Of a stretch of DNA of 64,000 bases, positions 43,263 to 53,354 are shown one piece after another (within the stretch, counting starts at the first letter, position 1; each line of letters begins with the position of its first letter). Both the position numbers and the translations under genes were made by a program. The DNA lies in NCBI GenBank assembly GCA_965223905.1, contig CBDCXV010000011.1, forward strand, positions 576,001 through 640,000, in the 5' to 3' direction. This DNA comes from Candidatus Latescibacterota bacterium (GTDB taxonomy: Bacteria; Latescibacterota; UBA2968; UBA8231). The notes beneath the pieces are model-generated. The model saw only the letters and a list, made by a program, of their open reading frames with translations, was not told where the DNA came from and searched no databases.

Positions 43263-43998
43263 TCAGTTCCTCGCACTCTCCAGCACCCTTCGCGCGTACT
43301 CCGCTCCGCAGTTGAACAGCAGGTCGAGGGCGGTCAAGTTGGCTTCGAAACCGGGAAAGCACTGGCGGTACTCCGGGTGCTCGAAATCGACGAACCTCAG
43401 CTCGACGCCGGCCTCGGCGAAGCAGGACTCCTCAAGGTAGCGCCCGCGAGCCCCCTGCGCCGGCGAGATAGACGTCGCAGCCGCAGGCGAGCGCCATGTC
43501 GGCGAGCCGCTCGCTCCGTTCCCGGCGCAGCTCCATGCTCGAGCTCAGCCGCGCCTCCACCTCGATGCCGAGTTGGCCCCGAAGGAAATCGCAGAGGGCG
43601 ACGTTGACGTCGACGAGGTGGCGCCACCGCGTCTCCGCATAGAAGCTCGCCAGGAAAGGCGCGAAGTCGTCGAAATGGGCACTGCTGCGGTAGTTCCACT
43701 CCAGGGTCCTCCAATGCTTCGACTGCCAGTTCGAGCCGTTGGTTTCCACCTGCCGGATCTGCTGCCCCCCTTTCCTCCTGGTCCTGACCGGGACCGTCAG
43801 CCACTGCCATCCCCCGGCGGTGCGCACCCGCACCCGGTTCGTGTACCCGTGCTTGCTGAACTGAACGTCGTCGGCGAGGACCCATACGTCGGCCTGCGCG
43901 ACCCTGTGAAAGAGGCCGAGCCAGGGCAGGTAGTTGGGCTGGTGGGCGGTGAGAACACGGCTTCCGCCCACCCGGCGCCCGCTTCCGGCAGGGCTCAT
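43263..43998 (-). pseudogene. WbqC family protein, frameshifted at about 43443-43455
   Basis: HQPNYLPWLG, DDVQF, NRVRV, WLTVPV; the conserved C-terminus (YLEE...FEHPEYRQ...NLTALDLLFNCG, stop 43263) is in a shifted frame. Confidence 0.85.
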
Positions 43999-44633
43999 GG
44001 CAGGACCCACCGCAACACGTCGAAGGCCTCGGCGTATTGGACGGAGATCTGGACCCCGCGGCTTCTCGCCCAGCTCCAGATGAAATCCTCATCGCTGTAT
44101 GGCCGGGATTGCTGAGACCGGTAGCACCTGAGCGCCGCGACCTTGGTGCCGACGTGGCGGCGCTGGAGCACGACGAAATGGCGGCAGTCGAAGCTGATGT
44201 TGTTCCAGGGAAGCTCGTACGCCAGCACAGTCTCCATCTTGAAGGCGCGCAGGCCCTCCATGTAGACAGTCTGGTGATCCTGGTGCAGGTCGTGGCTGCT
44301 GGGGAGAAATACGGTCGAGGGTCGCAGGTCCCGCCGCAGACGCACCAGCTCTTCGAGGATCTCCTGGCGGACGTGCGGGAGGTGGCGGACACGGTACTTG
44401 TAGACCAGCAGGTTTTCGCTGGCGATCCCGAGCGCGCGCGTGCCTTCCCTCACCTCGGTCTCCAGGACGTCGGGTGGAAACTCCGCAGGCACCGACTCCT
44501 CCGCGGTCGAGAAGGCGGCATAGAAAACCTGGCGCCCCTCCTCGATCAGGCGGCTGATCGTGCCGCCGCAGCCGAATTCGCCGTCGTCGGTGTGCGGGGC
44601 GAGCACCAGGACGCGGTTGTTATCCTCCGGCAC
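43995..44633 (-). CDS. PIG-L/LmbE family N-acetyl deacetylase
   Basis: LAPHTDDGEFGCGG, DLHQDH, YELPWN, YRSQ, YAEAF. Confidence 0.92.
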   Translation of the reverse strand: MPEDNNRVLVLAPHTDDGEFGCGGTISRLIEEGRQVFYAAFSTAEESVPAEFPPDVLETEVREGTRALGIASENLLVYKYRVRHLPHVRQEILEELVRLRRDLRPSTVFLPSSHDLHQDHQTVYMEGLRAFKMETVLAYELPWNNISFDCRHFVVLQRRHVGTKVAALRCYRSQQSRPYSDEDFIWSWARSRGVQISVQYAEAFDVLRWVLP

Positions 44634-45216
44634 GATCTGTCTCCTCCTTGCCGGCGTCAATCCCGAAGACGCGATAGACCGCCTCGACGACGTCGTCGAG
44701 GTAGTGCACGGCCGGTCCCGGAAGCGAGGATTCGCCGATCAACCTTGGGAGGTTGAGCATGAGGCCGGTGAAATGGCAGACAGCCAGCTTCGGATCGATC
44801 TCGTCGATCTCCCCTGCAGCGGCCGCCTCCTCGATCAAGCCGGTCAACATCTGCCCCTGCCGCGCAGCGACCTCCCGGATCTCCGGTGGGAAATCGTGAT
44901 CCTTGAGCAGGACGTAGGAAAAAGCATCGGGGAAGCGGTCGAAATACTCGAAAGTCATCTGTATCCAGGACCGGAATTTGGATGGTATCGATCCAGGGCC
45001 ATGAACAATCTCCTGTTTCTGCTCCGCCATCTCGGCGACGATCTGACAGTACGCCGCCTGGCACAGCTCCTCCTTGCTGGAGAAGTGGCGGTATATCGCC
45101 CCCTCGGTGACTCCGGCCTCCGCGGCGATACCCCGGACGGTGGAACCGCTGACCCCGTGCCGGGCCGCTTCCCGGATGGTAGCGGCGATGATTTCATTCC
45201 TTCGGTTCGGTCGCAT
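44620..45216 (-). CDS. TetR/AcrR family transcriptional regulator
   Basis: TVRGIAAEAGVTEGAIYRHFSSKEEL helix-turn-helix. Confidence 0.93.
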   Translation of the reverse strand: MRPNRRNEIIAATIREAARHGVSGSTVRGIAAEAGVTEGAIYRHFSSKEELCQAAYCQIVAEMAEQKQEIVHGPGSIPSKFRSWIQMTFEYFDRFPDAFSYVLLKDHDFPPEIREVAARQGQMLTGLIEEAAAAGEIDEIDPKLAVCHFTGLMLNLPRLIGESSLPGPAVHYLDDVVEAVYRVFGIDAGKEETDRAGG

Positions 45217-45218
45217 CT

Positions 45219-45256
45219 GTAAGTAAACAATAACTTACTTACTTGGAAGGTGTAAA
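45219..45256 (-). promoter_or_regulatory. Putative TetR operator overlapping its own promoter
   Basis: Inverted repeat GTAAGTAA-N8-TTACTTAC (45219-45242); minus strand TTTACA-N18-TATTGT ending 10 nt before the ATG. Confidence 0.7.
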
Positions 45257-45282
45257 GAAGGCCAGTCCGGGATCCCTGTTCT

Positions 45283-46401
45283 TCAGTCGAGAGCCCGCAC
45301 CAGGGACTCGCAGACCAGGTCCACTTCCTCGAGGCTCATGCCGGTGTGCAGCGGCAGGGTCAGGGTTCTCGAAAGGATCTCCTCCGCCACCGGACAGTGG
45401 GCCCGGATCTCCCCCGACTGTCCGGCGAAATACGGCTCGAGGTGGCACGGGGGCCAGTAGATGCTTCCCGTGGCAATCCCCTGGGCGGAGAGGGCCGCGG
45501 TCATGCGGTCGCGCCGCATCCCAGGAGGCAGGACCACGGGGAGCTTGTAGTGCGAGTGAACCTGGTTCTCCGGGGTAGCGATCAGCCGGATGTCCTTCCG
45601 GCTTCCGAGCCGTTGCCGGTAGCGATCGGCGAGACGGGCGCGCCTGGCGATGATCTCATCGAGCTTGCGCAGCTGGCTCAGGCCGAGAGCCGCGCTGAGC
45701 TCGGGGAGGCGGTAGTTGCTGCCGAGCCGCACGATGCTGCGGCTGTCCGCGGCCTGCCCGTGGGAGCGGAAGCTGCGCGCGAAGGCAGCCAGTTCGGGAT
45801 CGTTCGTCGTCAGCATCCCCCCTTCCCCGCTGGTCATCACCTTGGAGGGGTAGAAGCTGAAGGAGGCGGCATCGGCGAGGGCTCCGGCGGCGCGGTCCCC
45901 GATCCGGGAACCGTGAGCGTGGGCGGCGTCCTCGAGCAGGAAGAGGGAGTTGGCGCGGCACCAGGCGGAGATGTCGTCGATGCCGGGCACGATCAGCCCG
46001 GCCAGGTGAACGGCGATGACTGCACGGGTCCGACCGGTCAGCAGCCCATCGACCTCCCCCAGGCCGCTGCAGAGGGTCGACGGGTCGAGATCGGCGAAGA
46101 CCGGGGTTCCCCCGGCGAGAATCACGGCGTTGGCGGTGGCTGCGAAGGTGTTGGTCGGTACGATCACTTCGCCCCCCTCGACGCCGAAATAGCGCAGGGC
46201 TACCTCCAGGGGGGCGGTGCCGGAACTCATGCCGACGGCGTGGGCTACCCCCACGTACTCGGAAAACGCGCGTTCGAAGCGGTCGAGGAACTGCCCCTGT
46301 GTCAGCCTGCCGCCAGCCAGGATGGCGCGGAAGTCCTGGAGGAGACCTTCGATGTCCGCGGCGTAAAGGCTCGGACTGCCCTTGTCGATCCTGTGAGTCA
46401 T
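45283..46401 (-). CDS. DegT/DnrJ/EryC1/StrS aminotransferase (perosamine synthase-like)
   Basis: SSGTAPL, LEDAAHAHG, FSFYPSKVMTSGEGGM, GSNYRL, LPLH. Confidence 0.93.
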   Translation of the reverse strand: MTHRIDKGSPSLYAADIEGLLQDFRAILAGGRLTQGQFLDRFERAFSEYVGVAHAVGMSSGTAPLEVALRYFGVEGGEVIVPTNTFAATANAVILAGGTPVFADLDPSTLCSGLGEVDGLLTGRTRAVIAVHLAGLIVPGIDDISAWCRANSLFLLEDAAHAHGSRIGDRAAGALADAASFSFYPSKVMTSGEGGMLTTNDPELAAFARSFRSHGQAADSRSIVRLGSNYRLPELSAALGLSQLRKLDEIIARRARLADRYRQRLGSRKDIRLIATPENQVHSHYKLPVVLPPGMRRDRMTAALSAQGIATGSIYWPPCHLEPYFAGQSGEIRAHCPVAEEILSRTLTLPLHTGMSLEEVDLVCESLVRALD

Positions 46402-46506
46402 CGATTTCCCGGTCCTTACGTCGCAACCTCCCGGGCGGTCCCCCGATGCCATCGGCACGGGTCGCAAACCCCGGTAGCGGCATCCGGCCATCCGGCGAAA
46501 ACTGCT

Positions 46507-46536
46507 TTGACAGGCTCCAACCGACCTCCATATAAT
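46507..46536 (+). promoter_or_regulatory. Consensus sigma-70 promoter of ispG
   Basis: TTGACA-N18-TATAAT. Confidence 0.8.
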
Positions 46537-46582
46537 CCCCAGAGCGAACGGCGCTTACTTCCCAGGAACCTGGAAGTCCAAC

Positions 46583-47725
46583 ATGACCACCCCGCCCCAG
46601 CGCAACCCGACGAGGACGGTGCGGATCGGCAGCACCGCGATCGGCAACGGCCATCCGATCGCCGTTCAGAGCATGGCGGCGACGCGGACCCAGGACATCG
46701 AGGCCACGACGAGGCAGGTCCGGCTCCTCGAGAAGGCCGGCGCCGACATCATACGGGTGGCCATCGACAGCCGCAAAGACGCCGAGGCCCTGACCCGCAT
46801 AGCTGGCGAGACCGACACCCCGCTGTCCGTCGACCTTCAGGAGAACTACCGCCTGGCGACCGCGGTCGCCCCGCACCTGCAGAAAATCCGCTACAACCCG
46901 GGCCACCTGTATCACCACGAGACCGAGCGGCCGGTGCGGGACAAGGTCGCCTTTCTCGCCGACACCGCGGCAGGGAACGACTGCGCGATTCGCGTCGGCG
47001 TCAACTGCGGCTCCGTCGACCCGGAGCAGGTCGCCCGCTTCGACGCGGAGGATTCGATCTCGCCGATGCTCGCCTCCGCCTTCGAGCACTGCGAGATGCT
47101 CGACGACCTCGGCTTCACCCGCTACTGCGTGTCCCTGAAGGATTCCGACCCCAACAAGGTCATCGAAGCCAACAAGCGGTTCGCCGCACAACGCCCCGAC
47201 GTGCCCCTCCACCTCGGGGTCACCGAGGCCGGCATGCCCCCCGACGGCATCATCAAGACCCGCATCGCCTTCGAGCAGCTGATCTCGCGGGGCATCGGGG
47301 ACACGATCCGCGTTTCCCTGACGCTGCCCTTCGACGACAAGGGTGAGGAAATTCGCGTCGGCAGGCAGATCCTCGACGACATCGCCAACGGCCGCTTCCG
47401 CTCCGTTCCGGAATTCCGGCCCGAGGGGTTGAACATCATCTCCTGTCCTTCCTGCTCCCGCGTCGAGAACAACGCCTTCGTCGATCTCGCCCTCAAGGTC
47501 CGCGAAGTCACGGCGTACGCCGAGCGCCACTCCATCACCATTGCCGTGATGGGCTGCCGCGTCAACGGACCCGGAGAGACAGACGACGCCGATCTCGGGC
47601 TCTGGTGCGCACCGACCTTCGTGAATCTCAAGCGCGGCCCGGAGCTGATCGGGCGCTTCTCCTACGACGAGGTTCTCGACCGTCTCACCTCCGAGGTCGA
47701 CAGACTGATCGAGTCGGCAGGCTGA
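46583..47725 (+). CDS. ispG: 4-hydroxy-3-methylbut-2-en-1-yl diphosphate synthase
   Basis: [56 protein letters not shown]. Confidence 0.96.
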   Translation: MTTPPQRNPTRTVRIGSTAIGNGHPIAVQSMAATRTQDIEATTRQVRLLEKAGADIIRVAIDSRKDAEALTRIAGETDTPLSVDLQENYRLATAVAPHLQKIRYNPGHLYHHETERPVRDKVAFLADTAAGNDCAIRVGVNCGSVDPEQVARFDAEDSISPMLASAFEHCEMLDDLGFTRYCVSLKDSDPNKVIEANKRFAAQRPDVPLHLGVTEAGMPPDGIIKTRIAFEQLISRGIGDTIRVSLTLPFDDKGEEIRVGRQILDDIANGRFRSVPEFRPEGLNIISCPSCSRVENNAFVDLALKVREVTAYAERHSITIAVMGCRVNGPGETDDADLGLWCAPTFVNLKRGPELIGRFSYDEVLDRLTSEVDRLIESAG

Positions 47726-47931
47726 CAGGGCCGCTGACCTTCCTGCGGCCCCAACCCCTGGCATCTTCTTCGGCCTGCATGCCGGGCGGTATTCGCTCGC
47801 TGAATGGCTTGCCGGAAATTCCTCGACCGGCCACCTTGTCCCCCCTTTAACCGGACCCCAACGACGGGCGGCATCTTGCGGCCATTGACGATTGGAGCCG
47901 CGGCGATTGAGAAGCCAGAAAGGAGCCGATT

Positions 47932-48660
47932 GTGAAATCAGGTGAAGTCAGACTCTGGAAGCTGACCCGCAAGCAGGTGCGCGAGCGCCTCGCCTCCGGG
48001 GAGCTGAGAGGGGCACTGCTGCCGACGGGAAGCACCGAGCAGCACAACGAGCACCTCGCGATGGAGCACGACACGGCGAGCGCCGTGTACGTCGCCCACC
48101 AGGCCGCCCTGGCGCTGTACCCGTCGGTGGTCGTGGCGACGCCGATTCCCGTCGGCATTTCCGAACACTGGATGGAGTGGAAGGGCACCCTGAGTCTGCG
48201 CCGCGAAACCTTCGCCGCGGTCGCCTTCGACATCTGCGAGAGCCTGCAGCGCCACGGCATCGAGCACATCATGATCGTCAACGGCCACGCCGGCAACGGA
48301 CCGCTTCGGGAGCACATGGAGGAGTTCCGGGAGAAGCTGGGTATCGACGTCGAGTTCTGCTCCTACTGGGAGTCGTACCCGCCCGAGTTCGTCGCCGAGC
48401 ATCTCGAGTCGGGGGACTGCCCCGCCCACGCCGCCGAGTTCGAGACCTCTATGGCGATGGCGGCCTTTCCCGAAAACGTGCACTGGGAGGACGTCGACTA
48501 CGACCGCGAGCGGTTCGACATCAAGGCCGACAACTACCGGGACAAGGATCCGATCTACTACCGGGCGGCCCGCGACCTGGCGACCGCCCACAAGGGCAGG
48601 GTGGTCTCCGACTACGCCATCGAATGGGTGGCGGGAAAGATGAAGTCGATCTGTTCCTGA
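47932..48660 (+). CDS. Creatininase family amidohydrolase
   Basis: PTGSTEQHNEHL..D, GISEH, NGHAGN, HAAEFETS. Confidence 0.9.
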   Translation: MKSGEVRLWKLTRKQVRERLASGELRGALLPTGSTEQHNEHLAMEHDTASAVYVAHQAALALYPSVVVATPIPVGISEHWMEWKGTLSLRRETFAAVAFDICESLQRHGIEHIMIVNGHAGNGPLREHMEEFREKLGIDVEFCSYWESYPPEFVAEHLESGDCPAHAAEFETSMAMAAFPENVHWEDVDYDRERFDIKADNYRDKDPIYYRAARDLATAHKGRVVSDYAIEWVAGKMKSICS

Positions 48661-48697
48661 ACAGCTCCCCGAAAAGCGGAAAGGCAGACGATCTGCG

Positions 48698-49447
48698 ATG
48701 AAAGAGATTTCCCCGATAAGCGAGGCCTTGGCCGCGGGCAGGCCTTCGGTCGGATCCTGGCTCAACATGGCCTCCCCCCTGGCGGCCGAAGTCATGGCCG
48801 CGGCGGGGTACCCGTGGCTGTGCGTCGATGCCGAGCACGGCCCCTTCGACCTCGATTCCATCACCCACACCTTCCGCGCCATCGAAGCCCGCGGGTCCGT
48901 GCCGCTGGCGCGGGCCTGGGACCACGAGCCGGCCACCGCCGGGCGCCTTCTCGATGCCGGAGCCCTGGGAATCGTCTTTCCCCACGTCAGCACCCCGGAG
49001 CAGGCGGAAAGGCTCGCCTCCTCGGTGCGCTATCCGCCGCGCGGGCTGCGCTCCTCCGGCACCGGCCGCTGCGTCACCATGTCGCCCGACTACCGCGGCC
49101 GCTGCGACGACGTCATTCTCTGCATCCCCCAGATCGAGGACATGGAGGGGATCGAAAACAGCGAGGCGATCGCCGCGGTCGAGGGGGTCGACATCGGCTT
49201 CCTCGGCCCCGGGGATTTCGCCCTGTCGATGGGGGTCGAGGCGGGCCACCCCGATCACGAGGCGGCCCTGCAATCGTTTCGCCTGGGCTGCGAGCGCGCC
49301 GGCAAGCCGTGCGGGATACCGGTAAAAAGCGCGGTCGAAGCTCGCCGCCGGATCGCCGAGGGGTTCCTCTTCATCGACCTCAACAGCGACCTCAGGCTGC
49401 TCGAGAGCGCGGCGCGAACGGCGTATTCCGAGGCGGTCGCCCCTTGA
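48698..49447 (+). CDS. HpcH/HpaI class II aldolase family protein
   Basis: DAEHG, LDAGALGI, RYPPRGLR, QIE, FLGPGD. Confidence 0.92.
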   Translation: MKEISPISEALAAGRPSVGSWLNMASPLAAEVMAAAGYPWLCVDAEHGPFDLDSITHTFRAIEARGSVPLARAWDHEPATAGRLLDAGALGIVFPHVSTPEQAERLASSVRYPPRGLRSSGTGRCVTMSPDYRGRCDDVILCIPQIEDMEGIENSEAIAAVEGVDIGFLGPGDFALSMGVEAGHPDHEAALQSFRLGCERAGKPCGIPVKSAVEARRRIAEGFLFIDLNSDLRLLESAARTAYSEAVAP

Positions 49448-49507
49448 GCCTGCCCGTTTTCCCCTGCTGATCCCGTATCCCGGTTTCTCCGGGCCTCGAC
49501 CCGACCT

Positions 49508-50655
49508 GTGAAAATCACCCGGCTGGACGTGACCCCGATCGAGCGCCGCGGCCTGCTGCTCGAGATGCGGACCGACGAGGGGCTGGTGGGCCTGGGCTCG
49601 CCGATGAACTACGAGCACGGTCGCACGGTCGCCCGCGCCGTCCACGACATGGGGGGATTACCTGATCACAATGGGGGGATTACCTGATCGGCCGGGATCC
49701 GCGCCAGGTGGAGGATCACTGGCAGGCGCTGTTTCGCTCCAGCTACAGCCGCCAGATGCCGATCCTGCTCGCCGCCCTCAGCGGCATCGAGATGGCCTGC
49801 CTCGACATTCTGGGAAAATCGCTCGACACCCCGGTTTGGAGGCTGCTCGGGGGAAGCTGCCGCGACCGCGTCAGGGTCTACGCCGCGGCGGCTGGAACCA
49901 CGCCGGAGGAATTAGCCGCCAGCGCCAGGAAGGCGGTTCGCGAGGGGTTTTCCGCGGTCAAGCTGACTCCCTTTCCCGACCCGGTACGCTACATCGACAC
50001 CCCGGCGGCGACCGCCGCGGTGGTCAGCCGCGTCGCCGCGGTGCGCGAGGCGGTCGGGAGTGAAGTCGACGTAGCCGTCGATTTCCACCGCGCCGTGAGT
50101 CCGGCGATGGCCCGGCTCCTGCTGCGCGAGCTCGAGCCGCTCTCCCCGATGTTCGTCGAGGAGCCGGCGCATCCCGAGAACGTCGACGCCCTGCTGGAGA
50201 TCGCGCGCTCCACGACCATCCCGATAGCTACCGGCGAGCGCAACACGACGCGGTGGGGCTTTCGCGAAATCTGTGAAAAGAAGGCGGCCGCGGTGCTGCA
50301 GCCGGACATCCGCCACTGCGGCGGCATCCTCGAGATGAGGAAGATCGCCGCCTACGCCGAGGTCCACTACATCGCCCTCGCCCCCCACTCGGCTGCCGAC
50401 GCCGTCGGGGTGGCTGCTTCCATTCAGGCAGCGGCGGCGATCCCCAACCTGCTGATCCACGAGTTCGGCGGCGGTACCGGGGAGGGCCTGTTCAGGAACC
50501 CTCTCGTTTTCAACCAGGGTTACGTCGAGCTGCCCCGGGGTCCCGGGCTGGGGATCGAGATCGATCCTTCCGGGTTGGAGCGGCACAGGCTGCGGGAATG
50601 GCGGCTACGCCCCGGGCGGCGGGACCCCGGGGACGGTTCGGTCAACGACATCTGA
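49508..50655 (+). pseudogene. Mandelate racemase/galactonate dehydratase-like enzyme, frameshifted by a short tandem duplication
   Basis: GTG 49508 (MKITRLDV...TDEGLVGLG) stops at 49685; the rest (SGIEMACLDILGK, VDFH, FVEEP, ATGER, PGLGIE) is in another frame. Confidence 0.85.
49649..49689. repeat. 19-bp direct repeat ATGGGGGGATTACCTGATC x2 with a 3-nt spacer
   Basis: Copies at 49649-49667 and 49671-49689. Confidence 0.95.
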
Positions 50656-50799
50656 CTCCGTGTCCTGACCGGCGGAGGGCGTTGCCTCCGTTGGTCGACC
50701 CCTCGGGACGACCGGTCAGAACCTTACGAGCGGGGCGACTCGGCGGAAGGACGCAGTGATCCTCGCCCTCTTTCGTACGCATACCTAGGCGCGCAGCCA

Positions 50800-52061
50800 C
50801 TAGACGCGGGTTCCGTCGGCTACGACCGCATCCTTGGGGACGACGACGATGCCGTCTCGGATGTAGTACCCGTCCCCGTCGGCGCGTTCGACGTTGCTCT
50901 CGTTGGCGATGATCACCTTTTCCCCGATGCGGGCGTTCTTGTCGACGATGGCGCGGTGAATGACCGTGCCGGCGCCGATGCCAACCGCCGGCAGCCGGCG
51001 CGACAGGCGCCGCTCGTGATCCTGCGGCGACTCGTAATAGTCGGCCCCCATCAGAATGGTGTTGTACAAACGCGCGCCCCGGGCGATAGTGCTCCTGACG
51101 CCGATGACGGAGCGCTCGATTTCCGCCTCGCTGATCCGGCAGCCCTCGGCGACGATGCTGCGGTCGATGCGGCAATTCTCGATCCGGGAGCCGGCCAGGT
51201 AGCGCTGGTGGGTGTAGATCGGCGCGCCCGGCTTGTAGAACTCGAAGGCCGGCTCGCGGTTCGTCAACATCATGTTGGCATCGTAGAAGGCGCGGATGCT
51301 GCCGATGTCCTGCCAGTAGCCGTCGAACCTGTGGGCGAACACGGCGACCTTGCCGATGGCGTCGGGAATGATGTCCCTGCCGAAGTCATCCTCGTCGTTG
51401 GCAATCAACATGCTGGTCAGGACCGGGCATTCGAACAGGTACACGCCCATCGAGGCGAGGTACATCTCTCCCCTTGCGCGCCGCGCTCCGGGAGTCTCAG
51501 ATCGTCGAGGGCCCCCTCCGACTTCGGTTTCTCCACGAAATCGACGACGCGTCCATCCCCGTCCACCTGGAGAATTCCCAGCTCCGGGGCAGCGTGGCGG
51601 GGAACCGGTTTGACGGCGATGGTCACGTCGGCCTGCCGCTGTCTGTGCTCCTCGACGAAGGCGCGGTAATCCATACGGTAGAGATGGTCGCCCGAGAGAA
51701 TCAGGCACTCGGTTGCGTTGCGCGACATGATGCGGTGCATCTGCCTGCGCACCGCGTCCGCGTTGCCCTGGTACCAGTTGGTGTTCTCCATCGTCTGCTC
51801 GGCGGCCAGTATTTCGACGAATCCGTCGGAAAAGCTGTCAAAGCGATAGGTGGCGCTGATGTGGCGGTGGAGGGAGGCGGAGTTGAACTGGGTGAGGACG
51901 AAGATGCCCTCGACACCCGAATGCAGGCAGTTGCTGATCGGAATATCGATCAGGCGGTACTTGCAGCCGATCGGCACGGCCGGCTTCGAGCGGAACTTGG
52001 TTAGGGGAAACAGGCGCGTTCCGCGGCCCCCTCCCAGGACGATGCTGATGACCCTGTTCAC
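50800..52061 (-). pseudogene. glgC: Glucose-1-phosphate adenylyltransferase, frameshifted at about 51468
   Basis: N part [45 protein letters not shown]; C part [34 protein letters not shown] in another frame; junction GGGGAGAGATG. Confidence 0.9.
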
Positions 52062-52275
52062 ACAATTATCCGGTGATGGTGCTCCGGCTACGCAGGGAGG
52101 AAACTCATCCCATCCCGCCAGGACCGCAAACGGGATCGGGGCCAATACCATCCCCCCGGCAGCATGCTCCGTAGTCCACTAAACCCTTGTCCTGCGACAT
52201 CGAACGGCGGTTCATGGGGAAGCGGTGGAATCGGGTCCATGAGGGGATGATCGGTTCCCGCAGCCGTGCCTGGCA

Positions 52276-53354
52276 TCAGTTCCAGATCCGCAGAACCGCC
52301 GCGGCGATGGCGAAGTAGATCGTCAGCGACAGGACGTCGTTGAGGGTGGTGATCAGGGGCCCGGACGAAACCGCGGGATCGATTCCGAGGGCCCTGAAAA
52401 ACAGCGGCACCACCGCGCCAAGCAGCGCCGACAGGATGATCGCCGCGGCCATGGCAATGCCGACGCAGGCGGCGACGACCCCGGCCTCCGCCCACATCCC
52501 GGCCACCCCTCCTACCAGCAGCCCGAGGAACAGCCCCATGCCGAGGGCCGTGCGCAGCTCCCGCCACACCACATGCATGAGGTTCCGCTGCGGGAAGTTC
52601 TCGGTCGCCAGGCTGCGCACGGTGACGGTGGATGTCTGAATCCCCGAGTTCCCCCCCATCGCCATGATCGCCGGCACGAACAGGATCAGCGCCCCGAGGC
52701 GGGACAGGAGATCCTCGAAGCGATCGATCACCGCCCCGCACGCCAGGGTGCCCGCGAGGCAAAGCAGAAGCCAGGGCAGCCGCCGCCGCATGACCGCGAA
52801 GGTCGAGTGCTCGCCGATCTCCTCCGAGCTCATCGCCGCCATCTCGTAGATGTCCTCCGTCGCCTCGTCGCGGATCACGTCGACGATGTCGTCGACGGTG
52901 ACCTGCCCGACGAGCTCCCCACCCTCCTCGACCACCGGCACTGCGAGCAGATCGTACTCGGCGAAGATGCGGGCGATCTCTTCCTGATCGACATCGACCT
53001 GCACCGATATCGGACCCGGCTCTACGAGATCCTCGATGACGGTCTCCGGATCGGCCAGAAGCAGGCGCCGCAGGGACAGAGTGTAGCCGCGTCCGCGGCG
53101 GCCAGGGTCTGCGCCGCCAGGCCGGCGCCAAGCAGGCCGAGAATTCGGGGGCGGCTCTCTTCCCCGAGACGCCGCACCAGGTCGGCGAGGTCGGCGGCAT
53201 GGTGGCTGTTGAGCACGAGCCGCAGGGTCCCTTCGTCTCCCCCCCGCAGCAGCTCCCCGCAGGTGTCGGCCAGGGTCTGCCGCTGTTCCCGCAGGCTTCC
53301 CGGCTCCAGCCTCTCTTTTCGCGGCTTCAGTACCGGCGGCGTGGATTGTGACAT
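52276..53354 (-). pseudogene. mgtE: Magnesium transporter MgtE with an internal deletion and frameshift at about 53080
   Basis: N fragment (HAADLADL) from ATG 53354; C fragment LSLRRLLLA, YDLLAVPVV, TVDDIVDVI, RRRLPWL, MGGNSGIQ, DPAVSSGPLITTLND in another frame. Confidence 0.85.

Noticed and set aside
50666-50700. Hairpin between the convergent dehydratase and glgC genes
   Set aside because: A plausible transcript-end stem, but there is no U-tract, so it is not confidently a terminator or a repeat element.
51455-51480. Programmed ribosomal frameshift in glgC (and similarly in the wbqC-like gene)
   Set aside because: No canonical slippery heptamer or evident stimulatory structure; a simple repeat indel is more parsimonious.
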